A stretch of 64,000 bases of DNA from Dehalococcoidia bacterium (GCA_963667465.2 CAXXDN010000002.1:1184001-1248000); one strand, 5' to 3'. Positions 19,483 to 33,793 are shown, counted from the first letter of the stretch. Notes: generated by a model from the letters alone, not told the origin. A program made the numbers and translations.

Positions 19483-20604
19483 TCAGGCCGAGTTGCGCGA
19501 CGGCAGCGCGACGACCACCGGGCCGGGACCGACGGAGGTGCCCTGCGACATCTCCGAGCGGATCATGAGCTCGACCAGGTGCTCGCCGTCCTCCACCCAC
19601 TTGCGCTTGACCTCGCCGGAGGTGGTCACGGCCTCGCCGACGACGTTGAAGATGTTCATGCGGAACGGGCCGGTCTTCTTGAAGCGGCCCGCGAGGCCCA
19701 CGTACTCGCGCACGCAGCGCTCCCACCAGCCCTGGATGAAGCCGTTGTTGGCGTACATCTCCGGCGCGCCGGTCGCGATCGAGACCGGGCTGTTGTGGTG
19801 GATCTGGTTGAAGTCGCGGTTCGCCCCTGCCTCCACGACCAGCCGCGCGATCGTGACGTTGATCGTGATGGGTGGTACCGGGTCGCCCTCCTGCACGTCC
19901 TCGAAGTAGCGCTGCTGCGACCAGTCGACCTCGCTCGCCTCGCCGACGCCGACGTTGCGGATCGCCAGCAGGTCCTCCTGCTCCTCCGGCTCGTCGTCCG
20001 CTTCCGGCGGCGGTGGCGCCGAAGCGGATGGCCGAGGGGTATCGAAGGCGACGTAGCGGTAGCCGCCGTTGCGCAGCAGCGCGACCAGCTCGTCGCGCTG
20101 GTTGACGACCTGGCGCTCCCAGATCATGAACGCGCCCCGGCCGACGCGCGTCTCGCGCGGCAGGCAGGAGATCAGCTTGCGGCCCTTCACCGTAAGCCGA
20201 TCGCCGACGACCGGCGGCTCGTGGTACTCGATCTCGATGTCCGTGGCGAAGCCGGCCGTCGTCGGCGGCTCCGGTGGCTCCGGCATCACCGGACCGCGCG
20301 CCCTCGGAATGTCGACGTGCGGGTGTGGCAGCGGGTAGCGCGTGCCCTGCCCCGGCCGCCAGAGGCCGGGATCGATCCACGTTGAGGAGACGCCGCTGTG
20401 CGGCGCGAGGATGCCGGCGTAGCCCTGCGCCTGCGCGGCCTCCTCGTCGTAGTGCAGCGGACACGAGAACTCGAGCGGCTCGCAGTAGCGGCGGATCGTG
20501 GCGCGCTCGATCTCGTCGACGGCGGTCGATTCGATGCCGCCGGAGAAGTCCTGCCCGACGACGCCGACCGTCGGTTGCCAAGCCTGCGTCCAGTCATCGC
20601 TCAT
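19483..20604 (-). CDS. Double hot-dog (MaoC-like) acyl-CoA dehydratase/hydratase
   Basis: N-term IERATIRRYCE...PLHYDEEAA...APH; C-term AGANRDFNQIHH; SD GAGGAG. Confidence 0.85.
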   Translation of the reverse strand: MSDDWTQAWQPTVGVVGQDFSGGIESTAVDEIERATIRRYCEPLEFSCPLHYDEEAAQAQGYAGILAPHSGVSSTWIDPGLWRPGQGTRYPLPHPHVDIPRARGPVMPEPPEPPTTAGFATDIEIEYHEPPVVGDRLTVKGRKLISCLPRETRVGRGAFMIWERQVVNQRDELVALLRNGGYRYVAFDTPRPSASAPPPPEADDEPEEQEDLLAIRNVGVGEASEVDWSQQRYFEDVQEGDPVPPITINVTIARLVVEAGANRDFNQIHHNSPVSIATGAPEMYANNGFIQGWWERCVREYVGLAGRFKKTGPFRMNIFNVVGEAVTTSGEVKRKWVEDGEHLVELMIRSEMSQGTSVGPGPVVVALPSRNSA

Positions 20605-20746
20605 CGCGTCACTCCTCTGCACCCGCGCCGCGAGGGCGGCCCGTCAGTTCGTAGCGAAGGGTCCGGCGTGGTGTCAATAGCCGGACGCCGGGTTGCAGCG
20701 GGTGCGGGACTGTGCGCCCGTCCGGCAAGGCACTATCCTGCCCCTC

Positions 20747-21652
20747 GTGGAACACCTCATCTTCGACGAGCGTCAGGAGCTGGACCGGCCGATCCTGATC
20801 GCAGCCTGGTCCGGGTGGAACGACGCCGGCGAGTCCGCGACCGGCGCGATCCGCTTCATGCTGCGCCGCTGGCGCTCCAAGGCGTTCGCGCACATCGACC
20901 CGGAGCACTTCTACGACTTTACCCAGGCCCGCCCCAAGGTGAAGCTCGAGGAGGGCGAGCGCGTCCTCGAGTGGCCGCAGAACAAGTTCTCCGCGCGGCG
21001 CCGCGAGGGCGACACGCCGGACCTCGTGCTGCTGGAGGGCGTGGAGCCGCACCTCTCCTGGCACGCCTACTCCGATACAATCATGGAGTGCTGCGAGACC
21101 CTCGGCATCGACACCGTGATCACCCTTGGCGCGCTGCTTGCGGAGGCGAGCCACACCCGGCCGATCCGCGTCTCCGGCAGCTCCGAGGACGCCGGCCTGC
21201 GCGAGCAGCTCGGCCTCGATCCGCCGCGCACGACCGGCTACCAGGGCCCGACCGGCATCGTCGGCGTGATCAACAGCCGCCTGCGTGACGCCGGCTACCG
21301 CACGGCCTCGATGTGGGCGAACGTGCCCCACTACGTGAACGCCTCGCCCAACCCCAAGGGCGCGCTCGCCATCCTCGAGCAACTGAACGCGAGCCTGAAC
21401 CTCGAGCTCAGCCTGCACGACCTGGAGGTCTTCGCCGCCCGCTTCGACGCCCAGGTCGGGGCCGAGATCGCAAAGAACCCGGAGATGGCCGAGTACGCGC
21501 GCCGCATCGAGCAGCAGCTCGAGGAGGAAGAGGAAGAGGCCGCCGCCGAGGAGGAAGCCTCCTCCGGCGGTGGCGCCGCCCTGCCCGACGCCCAGGACAT
21601 GGTCGACGAGCTGGAACGCTTCCTGCGCGAGCAGCGCAGCGACGAGCAGTAG
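20747..21652 (+). CDS. PAC2-family (proteasome assembly chaperone-like) protein
   Basis: GWNDAGESAT, FYDFTQARP, GVEPHLSW, GPTGIVG, WANVPHY, ELERFLR. Confidence 0.9.
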   Translation: MEHLIFDERQELDRPILIAAWSGWNDAGESATGAIRFMLRRWRSKAFAHIDPEHFYDFTQARPKVKLEEGERVLEWPQNKFSARRREGDTPDLVLLEGVEPHLSWHAYSDTIMECCETLGIDTVITLGALLAEASHTRPIRVSGSSEDAGLREQLGLDPPRTTGYQGPTGIVGVINSRLRDAGYRTASMWANVPHYVNASPNPKGALAILEQLNASLNLELSLHDLEVFAARFDAQVGAEIAKNPEMAEYARRIEQQLEEEEEEAAAEEEASSGGGAALPDAQDMVDELERFLREQRSDEQ

Positions 21653-21697
21653 CGAGCGCTCGCCCCCCGCGGCCCCATCGCCACAGGGCCCAATCAG

Positions 21698-21832
21698 GTG
21701 TCGCCGACCACCTCGGCGCGTGCCACCGCCGACGGCCGCGAGGGCTGGGTCAGCGCCGATTACCTGCGCTGGGCATCGGACGGCGTCAGGCTCGAGAGGG
21801 AGCGACGGCCCTGCTATGGCGGCGGCGTGTAG
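21698..21832 (+). pseudogene. SH3b-like gene fragment
   Basis: 44-codon frame contains TADGREGWVSADYL, the terminal strands of bacterial SH3 domains; the rest is missing. Confidence 0.4.
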
Positions 21833-21912
21833 CCTCGCCGGGCGCAGCAGATGCGACCCCCTCGCCGGAGCCGTCCACGCGGGTGCCATTGGGCGCTGAC
21901 GGCGTCAGGTGG

Positions 21913-22064
21913 TACGATGCGCGGCAGCAATCGCAGGCGCTCTTTAATCCGGTCCCGCGAGGCCGGGAAGGACGCAGCAGATGAATGCTCTCACGTTTGC
22001 GGTACCGGGACGCGCCACGTCCCACCATCGTTTCCCCTCCCCGAAACGCGGAGGGGCTTTTTTT
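21913..22064 (+). promoter_or_regulatory. PyrR-binding attenuator leader
   Basis: -10 TACGAT 21913; CTTTAA...GGTCCCGCGAGGCC matches the PyrR binding loop; followed by terminator; precedes pyrR. Confidence 0.85.
22034..22064 (+). terminator. Attenuator intrinsic terminator
   Basis: CCCCTCC-n9-GGAGGGG followed by C and T7. Confidence 0.85.
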
Positions 22065-22104
22065 GCCCACCAGCAGCTCCCCACCCCTTCACGGAGTCGC
22101 CTCG

Positions 22105-22704
22105 TTGGCTGAGCAAGCTGAGCAGGCTGAACACGCGCGCAGCGAGGACCTTGCGGCCGCGCGCGGCGGCGGGCCGCTGCTCGACGCCGGCGGCATCGGG
22201 CGCACCACGCGCCGCCTCGCCCACGAGATCGTCGAGCGCAACGGCGGGCCCGAGGGACTCGTGCTCGTCGGCATCCCGAGCCGCGGCGCCGTCCTCGCCG
22301 AACGCCTCGCCGATCTGATCGCCGGCTTCGAGGGTGAACGCCCGCCGCTCGGCAGGATCGACGTCACGCTGCATCGCGATGACCTCGCCTCGCGCGGGTT
22401 GCGCAGCGTGCCGCGCAGCAGTGAGTTGCCCGACATCGAGGGCCGCAACGTCGTCCTCGTGGACGACGTGCTCTTCACCGGCCGCACGGTGCGCGCCGCC
22501 CTCGACGCGCTCAACGACTTCGGCCGCCCGCACCGCGTGAGCCTCGCGGTGCTGATCGACCGCGGACACCGCGAGCTGCCGATCCGCGCCGACGTGGTCG
22601 GCAAGAACATCCCCACCGCGCACGGCGATCAAGTGCAGGTGCTACTCGACGAGGTCGACGGTCGCGACGCCGTCGTCGTCATCCCCGGAAGGGATCGACC
22701 GTGA
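22105..22704 (+). CDS. pyrR: Pyrimidine operon attenuation protein / UPRTase
   Basis: [43 protein letters not shown]; TTG start with GGAG SD is inferred. Confidence 0.93.
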   Translation: MAEQAEQAEHARSEDLAAARGGGPLLDAGGIGRTTRRLAHEIVERNGGPEGLVLVGIPSRGAVLAERLADLIAGFEGERPPLGRIDVTLHRDDLASRGLRSVPRSSELPDIEGRNVVLVDDVLFTGRTVRAALDALNDFGRPHRVSLAVLIDRGHRELPIRADVVGKNIPTAHGDQVQVLLDEVDGRDAVVVIPGRDRP

Positions 22705-23783
22705 CCACCGAGACTCACGACCCCGCCGGCGCGGCGAGCCCCGCGCCGCTGCTCCCCGAGAGCGGCGAGCCGCTTGGGACGGCGCCCGCGCCCGGCCCGT
22801 GGCGGCACCGCCACGTCCTCGACCTCGACGACTTCGGCGCCGACGAGATCATCACGGTGCTCGAGCTCGCGGGGCAGATGGCCGAGGTGCTGGAGCGGCG
22901 CATCGCGCGCGTGCCCGCGCTGCGCGGTCACACCATCGTCAACCTCTTCTACGAGCCCTCGACGCGCACGCGCGCCTCCTTCGAACTGGCCGGCAAGGTT
23001 TTGGGTGCGGACGTGCTCTCGGTCAGCGCCAGCACGTCGTCGGTGCAGAAGGGCGAGTCGCTGATCGACACGGTGCGGACTCTGCGCGCAATGGGCGCCG
23101 GGATCCTGGTGATGCGGCACGCCTCGTCGGGCGCGCCCTACCTCGCCGCGCGCCACACCGACGCCGCGATCGTGAACGCCGGCGACGGCGCGCACGCGCA
23201 CCCCACGCAGGCGCTGCTCGACCTCTACACGATGCGCCGCCACTTCGGAAGCCTCGAGGGCCGGCGCGTCGTGATGGTCGGCGACATCGCCCACTCGCGC
23301 GTCGCCCGATCGGACCTCTGGGGCCTCGCGGCGATGGGCGCGGAGGTGGTGGTCTGCGGGCCGCCCACGCTGCTGCCGCGCGGCCTGCGGCCCGGCGACC
23401 GCCCCGAGCACGCCGAGACCGCCCTCCCCCACGTCGAGGTCGAGACGGACATCGATCGCGCGATCGAGGGCGCGCACGTCGTGATGGCGCTGCGCCTCCA
23501 GAGCGAGCGCCAGGAGGGCGGCCTGCTGCCCTCGCTGCACGAGTACTCGCTGCACTACCAGGTCACGGCGAAGCGGCTCGCGCGGGCGCACCCGGACCAC
23601 CTGCTGATGCACCCGGGGCCCAAGAACGAGGGCATCGAGATCGCCCGCGAGGTCGCCGGCGGCGGCCGCTCGATGATCGAGGAGCAGGTCACCAACGGCG
23701 TCGCCGTGCGCATGGCGCTGCTCTACCTGCTGGCGCTGGGCCGCGACGCCGCAGCCGCGAGCGCCCGGGAGGCCGCATCGTGA
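22701..23783 (+). CDS. pyrB: Aspartate carbamoyltransferase
   Basis: [39 protein letters not shown]. Confidence 0.96.
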   Translation: MTTETHDPAGAASPAPLLPESGEPLGTAPAPGPWRHRHVLDLDDFGADEIITVLELAGQMAEVLERRIARVPALRGHTIVNLFYEPSTRTRASFELAGKVLGADVLSVSASTSSVQKGESLIDTVRTLRAMGAGILVMRHASSGAPYLAARHTDAAIVNAGDGAHAHPTQALLDLYTMRRHFGSLEGRRVVMVGDIAHSRVARSDLWGLAAMGAEVVVCGPPTLLPRGLRPGDRPEHAETALPHVEVETDIDRAIEGAHVVMALRLQSERQEGGLLPSLHEYSLHYQVTAKRLARAHPDHLLMHPGPKNEGIEIAREVAGGGRSMIEEQVTNGVAVRMALLYLLALGRDAAAASAREAAS

Positions 23784-25156
23784 GCACGCTCGCCATCCAC
23801 AACGGCCGCGTGATCGACCCCGCCCTCGGGCGCGACGGCATCGCCGACGTCGTGATCGTCGACGGCCGTGTCGCGCGCGTCGGTCCGAACGAGGGCGACG
23901 CGGTAATCGAGGCGGACCGCATCGACGCGACCGGGCTGGTCGTGACACCCGGCTTCGTCGACCTGCACGTCCACCTCCGCGAGCCCGGCTTCGAGTACAA
24001 GGAGACGATCGCCAGCGGCACCGTCGCCGCCGCGCGCGGCGGCTTCACCACCGTTTGCGCGATGCCGAACACGGACCCGCCGCTGGACCGCCGCGCCGCC
24101 GTCGAGTCCGTGCTGCGCCAGGCCGAGGAGCACGCCGCCGTGCGCGTGCTGCCGCTCGGCTGCATCACGCGCGAGCGCGCGGGCAAGGAGCTCGCGCCCG
24201 CAGGCGAGCTGGCGCAGGCGGGCGTCGTCGCGCTGTCCGACGACGGCGACGCCGTCGCCGACGCGCGGCTGATGCGCCACGCCCTCGAGTACGCCGGCGC
24301 CTTCGGCCTGCCGATCTCGCAGCACTGCGAAGACCCGACGCTGGTCCACGAGGGGCAGATGCACGAGGGCTGGGTCGCCACGCGGCTCGGGCTGCGCGGC
24401 CGCCCCGCGAGCGCGGAGGAGACCTTCGTGGCGCGCGATATCGCCCTCGCGGAGCTGGCCGGGGCGCACCTGCACATCGCCCACGTCTCGACCGCCGGCT
24501 CGGTCGCGCTGATCCGCGCCGCGCGCGAGCGCGGCGTGCACATCACCGCCGAGGTGACGCCGCACCACCTCACGCTCACGCATGAGGTGGTCGGCTTCGC
24601 GCCATCCGACTCGCGAGCGAGCAACGGCGACGGCGCGAACGGCTACCGCAGCATCGGCTACCACTCGAACGCCAAGGTGAACCCGCCGCTGCGCGCGCAC
24701 AGCGACGTCGCCGCCTGCGCCGAGGCCCTGCGCGACGGCGTGATCGACGCGATCGCCACGGACCACGCCCCACACGCCGTCTCCGACAAGGAGCTCGAGT
24801 TCGACCTCGCCGCGCCCGGCATCAGCGGCCTCGAGACCGCCCTCGGCCTCTCGATGAGCCTCGTGCATGGGGGCCACATCGAGCTGCCGGTTCTGGTCGA
24901 GCGGCTCACCACAGGCCCCGCACGCGCCTGGAGCCTCGACCAGCGACCCGGCCTCGAGGGCCTCGGGACGCTCTCGCCGGGCGCCGTCGGCGATGTCGCC
25001 ATCCTCGACCCGGACGCCGCCTGGACCGTGACACCCGAGGAGTTCGCCTCGATGGGCAAGAACACCCCGATCGCCGGCCGCGAGCTGCGCGGCCGCGTGC
25101 TGGCGACCGTCTACGGCGGGCGCGTCGTGCACACGATCGAGGGGGTCGCCCTGTGA
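23780..25156 (+). CDS. pyrC: Dihydroorotase
   Basis: PGFVDLHVHLREPG, AMPNT, AEVTPHH, KVNPPLR, ATDHAPH; GTGA overlap. Confidence 0.95.
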   Translation: MSTLAIHNGRVIDPALGRDGIADVVIVDGRVARVGPNEGDAVIEADRIDATGLVVTPGFVDLHVHLREPGFEYKETIASGTVAAARGGFTTVCAMPNTDPPLDRRAAVESVLRQAEEHAAVRVLPLGCITRERAGKELAPAGELAQAGVVALSDDGDAVADARLMRHALEYAGAFGLPISQHCEDPTLVHEGQMHEGWVATRLGLRGRPASAEETFVARDIALAELAGAHLHIAHVSTAGSVALIRAARERGVHITAEVTPHHLTLTHEVVGFAPSDSRASNGDGANGYRSIGYHSNAKVNPPLRAHSDVAACAEALRDGVIDAIATDHAPHAVSDKELEFDLAAPGISGLETALGLSMSLVHGGHIELPVLVERLTTGPARAWSLDQRPGLEGLGTLSPGAVGDVAILDPDAAWTVTPEEFASMGKNTPIAGRELRGRVLATVYGGRVVHTIEGVAL

Positions 25157-26265
25157 GCGAGCTGCGCCCGGCTGCACGCCTCGTGCTCTCGGACGGCCGC
25201 GTCTTCGAGGGCGAGGGCTTCGGCGCACCCGTCGCCGCCACCGGCGAGGTGGTCTTCAACACCTCGATGACCGGCTACCAGGAGGCGCTCACCGACCCAT
25301 CCTACGGCGGCCAGATCCTGACGATGACCTACCCGCTGCAGGGCAACTACGGCGTCAACGCCGGCGACGATGAGAGCGCGCGCATCCAGGTGCGCGGCTT
25401 CGTCGTGCGGGAGCTGACCGACCTGCCCTCGCACTGGCAGAGCCTCGGCCGCCTCGACGAGTACCTTGCGAAGTCCGGCGTGCCGGCGATCGCCGGCATC
25501 GACACGCGCGCGCTGACGCGCCACCTGCGCTCGCACGGCGTGGTGATGGGCACGATCACCCGCGACGAATCGCCGGCCGAGGCGCTGGCGCGGCTGCACA
25601 GCGAGCCGCTGTACGGCACCGAGGACTACGTCGCCGAGGTCTCCACCCCGGTCCCCTACGAGTTCGGCGAGGGCGTGGACAACGGCGACGGGCCCGGCCC
25701 GCACATCGTCGTCGTCGACCTCGGGGTGAAGCGCAACATCATGCGGCACTTGCGCCGCCGTGGCTGCCGCGTCACCGCCGTGCCGAGCACGGCGAGCGCC
25801 GAGGACGTACTGGCGCACGGCCCGGACGGCGTGCTGCTCTCTCCCGGCCCCGGCGACCCGATGCTGCTCGACCACGTCGTCGAGACCTCGCGAGGGCTCG
25901 TCGGGCGCACGCCGCTGATGGGGATCTGCCTCGGACACCAGGTGCTCGGCCGCCTCTTCGGCGCCTCCACCTACAAGCTGAAGTTCGGCCACCGCGGCGC
26001 GAACCACCCCGTGATCGACAAGCCCAGCGGACGCGTCTACATCACCTCGCAGAACCACGGCTACGCCGTCGACGGCGACGGGCTCGAGTCCGCCGTCGAG
26101 GTGGAGCAGGTGCATCTCAACGACGGGACGGTCGAAGGCCTGCGGCACCGCGAGCTGCCGCTATTCACGATCCAGTACCACTCGGAGGCCTCGCCCGGCC
26201 CCCACGACACCGAGTTCCTGTTCGACCGCTTCCTCGAGAGCGTGCGCGACGAGGGGAGCCGCTGA
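25153..26265 (+). CDS. carA: Carbamoyl-phosphate synthase small subunit
   Basis: GEVVFNTSMTGYQE.LTDPSY, SPGPGDP, GICLGHQ, QYHSEASPGP. Confidence 0.96.
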   Translation: MSELRPAARLVLSDGRVFEGEGFGAPVAATGEVVFNTSMTGYQEALTDPSYGGQILTMTYPLQGNYGVNAGDDESARIQVRGFVVRELTDLPSHWQSLGRLDEYLAKSGVPAIAGIDTRALTRHLRSHGVVMGTITRDESPAEALARLHSEPLYGTEDYVAEVSTPVPYEFGEGVDNGDGPGPHIVVVDLGVKRNIMRHLRRRGCRVTAVPSTASAEDVLAHGPDGVLLSPGPGDPMLLDHVVETSRGLVGRTPLMGICLGHQVLGRLFGASTYKLKFGHRGANHPVIDKPSGRVYITSQNHGYAVDGDGLESAVEVEQVHLNDGTVEGLRHRELPLFTIQYHSEASPGPHDTEFLFDRFLESVRDEGSR

Positions 26266-26768
26266 TGGCCGAGCCGCAGCCACCTCCGGGGCAGCCACCT
26301 CCGGGGCAGCCACTGTGCCGCCGCGCCGCCGCGGACGATGCCGCGCAGATCGCCGAGATCATCGCGGAGCTGATCGCGGAGCCGCAGCCGGTCGCCTTCG
26401 AGCGCGCGCTCAGCACCGCAGAGGTCCGCGACGCCTGGCTGGGCGAAGACCACGGCGGCGGCGCAGTCTTCGTCATCGAGGACGCGGGACGGCTGCTCGC
26501 CTTCGCCGTCGTCGAGCCGCTCGAGGGCGCCTCGGAAGACTGCTCGCTGGGCGCCTGGGTGCGCGAGGCCGAGCGCCGCAAGGGCTACGCGACGGTGCTC
26601 GCCGAGGAGGCGCTGGCGTTCACGCGCGAGCGCGGCTACCAGGCGATCCGCGCACGCCTGCCCGAGGACAACGAGCCGGCGCTCTCCTACCTGTCGTCGA
26701 TCGGCGCGCTGGTGCCCCTCGCAAACCCGGGCGCGCACTTCGTGCTGCCAGCGGAGGAGTCATCGTGA
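26265..26768 (+). CDS. GNAT-family acetyltransferase
   Basis: WVREAERRKGYAT acetyl-CoA motif, DNEPALSYLSSIG; TGATG-coupled to carA. Confidence 0.75.
   Translation: MAEPQPPPGQPPPGQPLCRRAAADDAAQIAEIIAELIAEPQPVAFERALSTAEVRDAWLGEDHGGGAVFVIEDAGRLLAFAVVEPLEGASEDCSLGAWVREAERRKGYATVLAEEALAFTRERGYQAIRARLPEDNEPALSYLSSIGALVPLANPGAHFVLPAEESS
26276..26313 (+). repeat. 15-bp tandem repeat (GCAGCCACCTCCGGG x2.5) encoding QPPPG
   Basis: Directly visible at the GNAT N-terminus. Confidence 0.9.
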
Positions 26769-27522
26769 GCGAGCAGGCCGACCCGACCCCGGATACGTCG
26801 CACTACGCCGCCAGGCGCGAGCGCGACTGGGAGGCGTTCACCGCGGGCGACGGCCCGCCCGCCAGCCACTGGGAGCGGTGGGCCGAAGAGTCATTCGACT
26901 GGCGACCGGCGATCAGCTTCTTCCAGCCCGTCGGCACGGACTACGAGGGCCTCGCCGAGCGCATCCAGCCGTTGTTCGACGCCCTCGAGGGCCTCGAGGA
27001 GGTCGAACTGCCGCCGGCCAGCTTCCTGCACCTGACCATGTTGCAGGTCGGCTTCCTGCGCGCCGCCGACATCTACTGGTCGCAGGTGGAAACGTTCTAC
27101 GTGAACGCGGCGCCCCGGCTACACCGCCTCGAGCCGTTCAGCATCCGCATCGGCGGCGTCTCGGCAAGCGAGGACGCGCTCTACCTCGGCGTCGACGACG
27201 GCCTCGTCTTGCGCGAGGCGCGGCGGCTGATCGCCCTCGGCGTGCCGAAGGTCTACCAGGTGTTCCGGGAGGCCGGCATCCAGGCCGGCGAGGCCGACCC
27301 CTTCGTTCCGGAGATCCCGTTCGCCTACTTCACCGGCAAGGGCGATCGCGCGCGGGTGATCGAGGCGATCACGCCACACCTCGATGCCGACCTCGGCGAG
27401 TACCCGGTGAGCCACATCAAGATGGGGCGCATCGCGCCGGACCCGGATATCCACTTCCCTGACCCCGACGTCGTCGCCCAGATCATTCTCTTTGGCAAGG
27501 ACTACCGGAAGGGCTACCACAA

Positions 27523-27526
<4 letters not shown>
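26765..27526 (+). CDS. 2H phosphoesterase (2'-5' RNA ligase-like) fold protein with degenerate second motif
   Basis: FLHLTM first HxT; PFSIRIGGV; FVPEIPFAY where FxPHxT is expected; GTGA overlap. Confidence 0.65.
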
Positions 27527-30842
<3,316 letters not shown>

Positions 30843-30846
<4 letters not shown>

Positions 30847-31562
30847 CGGAGGAGCGCGCGGGACCGCTCGACGCTGTGCTCTTCGACCTCGACGGCACGC
30901 TCGCCGACTCGATGCACTCGATCGCCGTGGCGCTTTCCGAGACGCTCGGCGAGCAGGGCTACCGCACGAGCCCCGAGGAGCTCATGCCGCAGTTCGGGCC
31001 GGGCATGCAGTCGGTGATCCGGCGCGCCATCGGCGTCGACGAGGCGGAGGCGGAGCGTCTCTACGCCCGCTACCTCCCGAACTACTACGAGCGCTACATG
31101 CCGGACACGCCACCGCTGCCCGGCGCGGACGAGCTGCTCGAGGATCTCGCGGCGCGGCTGCCGCTCGGCATCGTCACCACGAAGCTCGAGGCGGGCGCTC
31201 GCTCACTCGTCGCGAGCCTCGGCTGGAGCGCCCACTTCGGCCCCATCGTCGGGCGCGACACCACCGGCATCATGAAGCCCCGGCCCGAGCCGCTGCTGCA
31301 CGCCCTTGCCGAGCTCGGCATCGAGGGCGACCGCGCCGCCTACGCCGGCGACACCGAGGAGGACATGCAGGCCGCCCTCGCAGCCGGAATCGCCGTCCGC
31401 ATCGGCGTCACGGAGATCCGCAGTGAGCAGCAGCTACGTGAAGCGGGCGCGACGGCGATCTGCCGCGACCTGTTCGCGATGCGTGCGCTGCTCGTCGCCG
31501 TCCTCGAGGGGACGGCCGCCCTGCCCGCCGCCGCACCCTCTGCCGGAAGCCCGTCCGCATGA
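30843..31562 (+). CDS. HAD-superfamily phosphatase
   Basis: FDLDGTL, KPRP, GDTEED. Confidence 0.9.
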
Positions 31563-32731
31563 GCAGCGAGCACGCGAGCGAATCGGGTCGCAGCTCGCTC
31601 GCGGGGCTGCTCGGACAGTTCGGGCGGCTCGGCGCGACCGCCTTCGGCGGGCCGGCGGCGCACGTCGCGATGATGGAGGACGAGTTTGTGCAGCGGCGGC
31701 GCTGGCTCGACCGCGACACGTTCGCCCGCGTCCTCGCCGCCACGAACCTCGTGCCCGGCCCCAACTCCACGGAGCTGGCGATCCACCTCGGCTACCGTCG
31801 CCGCGGCGTGCCGGGGGCGATCGCCTCGGGCAGCGCCTTCATCGCGCCGGCCGCGCTCGCCGTCGCGGTGCTCGGCTGGGCCTACTTCCAGTGGGGCACG
31901 ACGCCGCGCGCCGACGACCTGTTCGCCGGCATCCGCCCCGTCGTCGTCGTGCTCGTCGCGCTCGCGGCCTGGCGGCTGCGCGGCCCCGCGCAGCGCAACC
32001 CGCTCGCGATCGCCCTCGCGGCAGCCGCGTTCGCGATCGCGCTGCTCTTGCCGCGCTGGGAGGTGATCGCGCTGCTCGGCGCGGGCGCGATCGCGCTGCT
32101 CGCAAGCGAGCACGGACCGCGGCGGCGGCTGCAGCGCGCGATCGTCGCCCTGCCCGCGCCGCTGCTCCCGCTGGCGCTACCCGCACTCGCCGTGACGCTG
32201 CCCGAGGCCGTGCCGATCGCGCTGATCCATCTCAAGGCCGGCGCGCTGCTCTTCGGCGGCGGCTACGTGATCATCCCGCTGCTGGAGCCCGACGCCGTCG
32301 CCCAGGGCTGGCTGACGGAGTCCCAGTTCCTCGACGCGATCGCGATCGGGCAGGCGACGCCGGGGCCGATCGTCACCACCGCCACCTTCGTCGGCTACGC
32401 GGCCGGCGGCTGGTGGGGCGCACTGATCGCGACGGTAGCGATCTTCGCGCCCGCGTTCGTCTTCGCCATCTCGCTCGGCCGGCTGCTCGAGAGGCTCTCG
32501 GCCTCCGAGGCGCTGCGCGCGTTCCTCGATGGCGTCGCCGCCGCGGTCTTCGGCGCGATCGCCGGGGCCGCCGTCGTGCTGCTGATGAGCCTCGAGGCCA
32601 ATCCGCTGAGCGGGATCGTGCTCGTCATGAGCGGCGTGGTGCTGCTGCGCTCACTACTGCCCTCGTACGCCTGGCTGGTCGTCTGCGGCGGCGCCGGCCT
32701 GCTCTACCACGCGGCGGAGCTTCCGGCATGA
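31559..32731 (+). CDS. chrA: CHR-family (chromate) transporter
   Basis: GATAFGGP, PGPNSTEL, FGGGY, GQATPGP in two homologous halves. Confidence 0.9.
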   Translation: MSSEHASESGRSSLAGLLGQFGRLGATAFGGPAAHVAMMEDEFVQRRRWLDRDTFARVLAATNLVPGPNSTELAIHLGYRRRGVPGAIASGSAFIAPAALAVAVLGWAYFQWGTTPRADDLFAGIRPVVVVLVALAAWRLRGPAQRNPLAIALAAAAFAIALLLPRWEVIALLGAGAIALLASEHGPRRRLQRAIVALPAPLLPLALPALAVTLPEAVPIALIHLKAGALLFGGGYVIIPLLEPDAVAQGWLTESQFLDAIAIGQATPGPIVTTATFVGYAAGGWWGALIATVAIFAPAFVFAISLGRLLERLSASEALRAFLDGVAAAVFGAIAGAAVVLLMSLEANPLSGIVLVMSGVVLLRSLLPSYAWLVVCGGAGLLYHAAELPA

Positions 32732-33501
32732 GAAGCGCCGTCGTCGAGGTCACCGAGTCCGCCCGCCTCTACGGCGAGACGCACATCCTCTGGCTGACCA
32801 TGCCCGTGGAGTTCCGCCACGCGACCCCGGGTCAGTTCGTGATGGCCTACATCGGCGAGCAACACGACCCGCTGCTCGGCCGCGCCTGCTCGTTCCATCG
32901 CCTGCGCGAGGGCCGCCACGGACCGGAGTTCTCCCTGCTCTTCGATGTCGTCGGGCGCGGCACGGACTGGCTCACGAGGCGCGAGCCGGGCGACGCCGTC
33001 CGCGTCGTCGGGCCGCTCGGGCGCGGCTACGAGCCGCGCGAGCGCGTCGACCACATGCTGCTCGTCGGTGGCGGGATCGGCTGCGCGCCGCTCGTCTGGC
33101 TCGCCGACGAACTGGTCGAGCAGGGCCGCGAGGTGACGCTCGTCCTCGGAGCTGCGAGGGAGGCGGGCATCTTCCCGCCTCGGCTGCTGCCCGAGGCCGT
33201 CGAGGTCGTCGTCGCCACGGAGGACGGGTCGCTGGGCGAGCGCGGCCTGGTGACCGCGCCCTTCGAGCGGCTGCTGCCCTGGGCCGACCAGGCCTTCGCC
33301 TGCGGCCCGAACCCGATGTTCGAGGCGCTGTTCGGTGTGCTCACGCGCTCCGGGCTGCGCAAGCCGGTGCAGGCCCTGCTGGAGGAGACGATGGCCTGCG
33401 GGATGGGCATCTGCTACGGCTGCGCGATCTTCCCCAAGCGCGGCGGCGTTCGGCTCTGCTGCACCGACGGCCCGATGTTCGACCTGCGCGATCTGTACTA
33501 G
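32728..33501 (+). CDS. pyrK: Dihydroorotate dehydrogenase electron transfer subunit
   Basis: PGQF, GPLG, GGGIG, CGP, MACGMGICYGC...CTDGP 2Fe-2S motif. Confidence 0.93.
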   Translation: MRSAVVEVTESARLYGETHILWLTMPVEFRHATPGQFVMAYIGEQHDPLLGRACSFHRLREGRHGPEFSLLFDVVGRGTDWLTRREPGDAVRVVGPLGRGYEPRERVDHMLLVGGGIGCAPLVWLADELVEQGREVTLVLGAAREAGIFPPRLLPEAVEVVVATEDGSLGERGLVTAPFERLLPWADQAFACGPNPMFEALFGVLTRSGLRKPVQALLEETMACGMGICYGCAIFPKRGGVRLCCTDGPMFDLRDLY

Positions 33502-33764
33502 TGCTCCGGCGAGTCGCCATCGGCATCCCGATCGTCGGCGGTCTCGTGGCCGGCGCGCTGATCGGCGGCGTGCTGATGAAGCCGGAACCGGCGATCGTCG
33601 GCTGGCTCTTCGGCGCCGGCGCGGGACTGATGGGCGGCGCCTTCATCGTCGCCATCGCCACGAACGAGGCGCTCGTCGGCCGCGGCAGCGCAGGCCCGCG
33701 CTCCGTCAGCTACCCCGGCGAGACCCCGCCTCGAAGCCTCGACGAGGACGAGGGCGAGGAGTAA
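33501..33764 (+). CDS. Small two-TM membrane protein
   Basis: TAGTG-coupled to pyrK; two Gly-rich hydrophobic helices and an acidic tail. Confidence 0.7.
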   Translation: MLRRVAIGIPIVGGLVAGALIGGVLMKPEPAIVGWLFGAGAGLMGGAFIVAIATNEALVGRGSAGPRSVSYPGETPPRSLDEDEGEE

Positions 33765-33793
33765 CGCGCCACGGGCTACTTTGGCGGCGCACC

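Noticed and set aside
21985-22104. Extended pyrR N-terminus from ATG 21985
   Set aside because: Runs through the attenuator terminator; TTG 22105 has an SD
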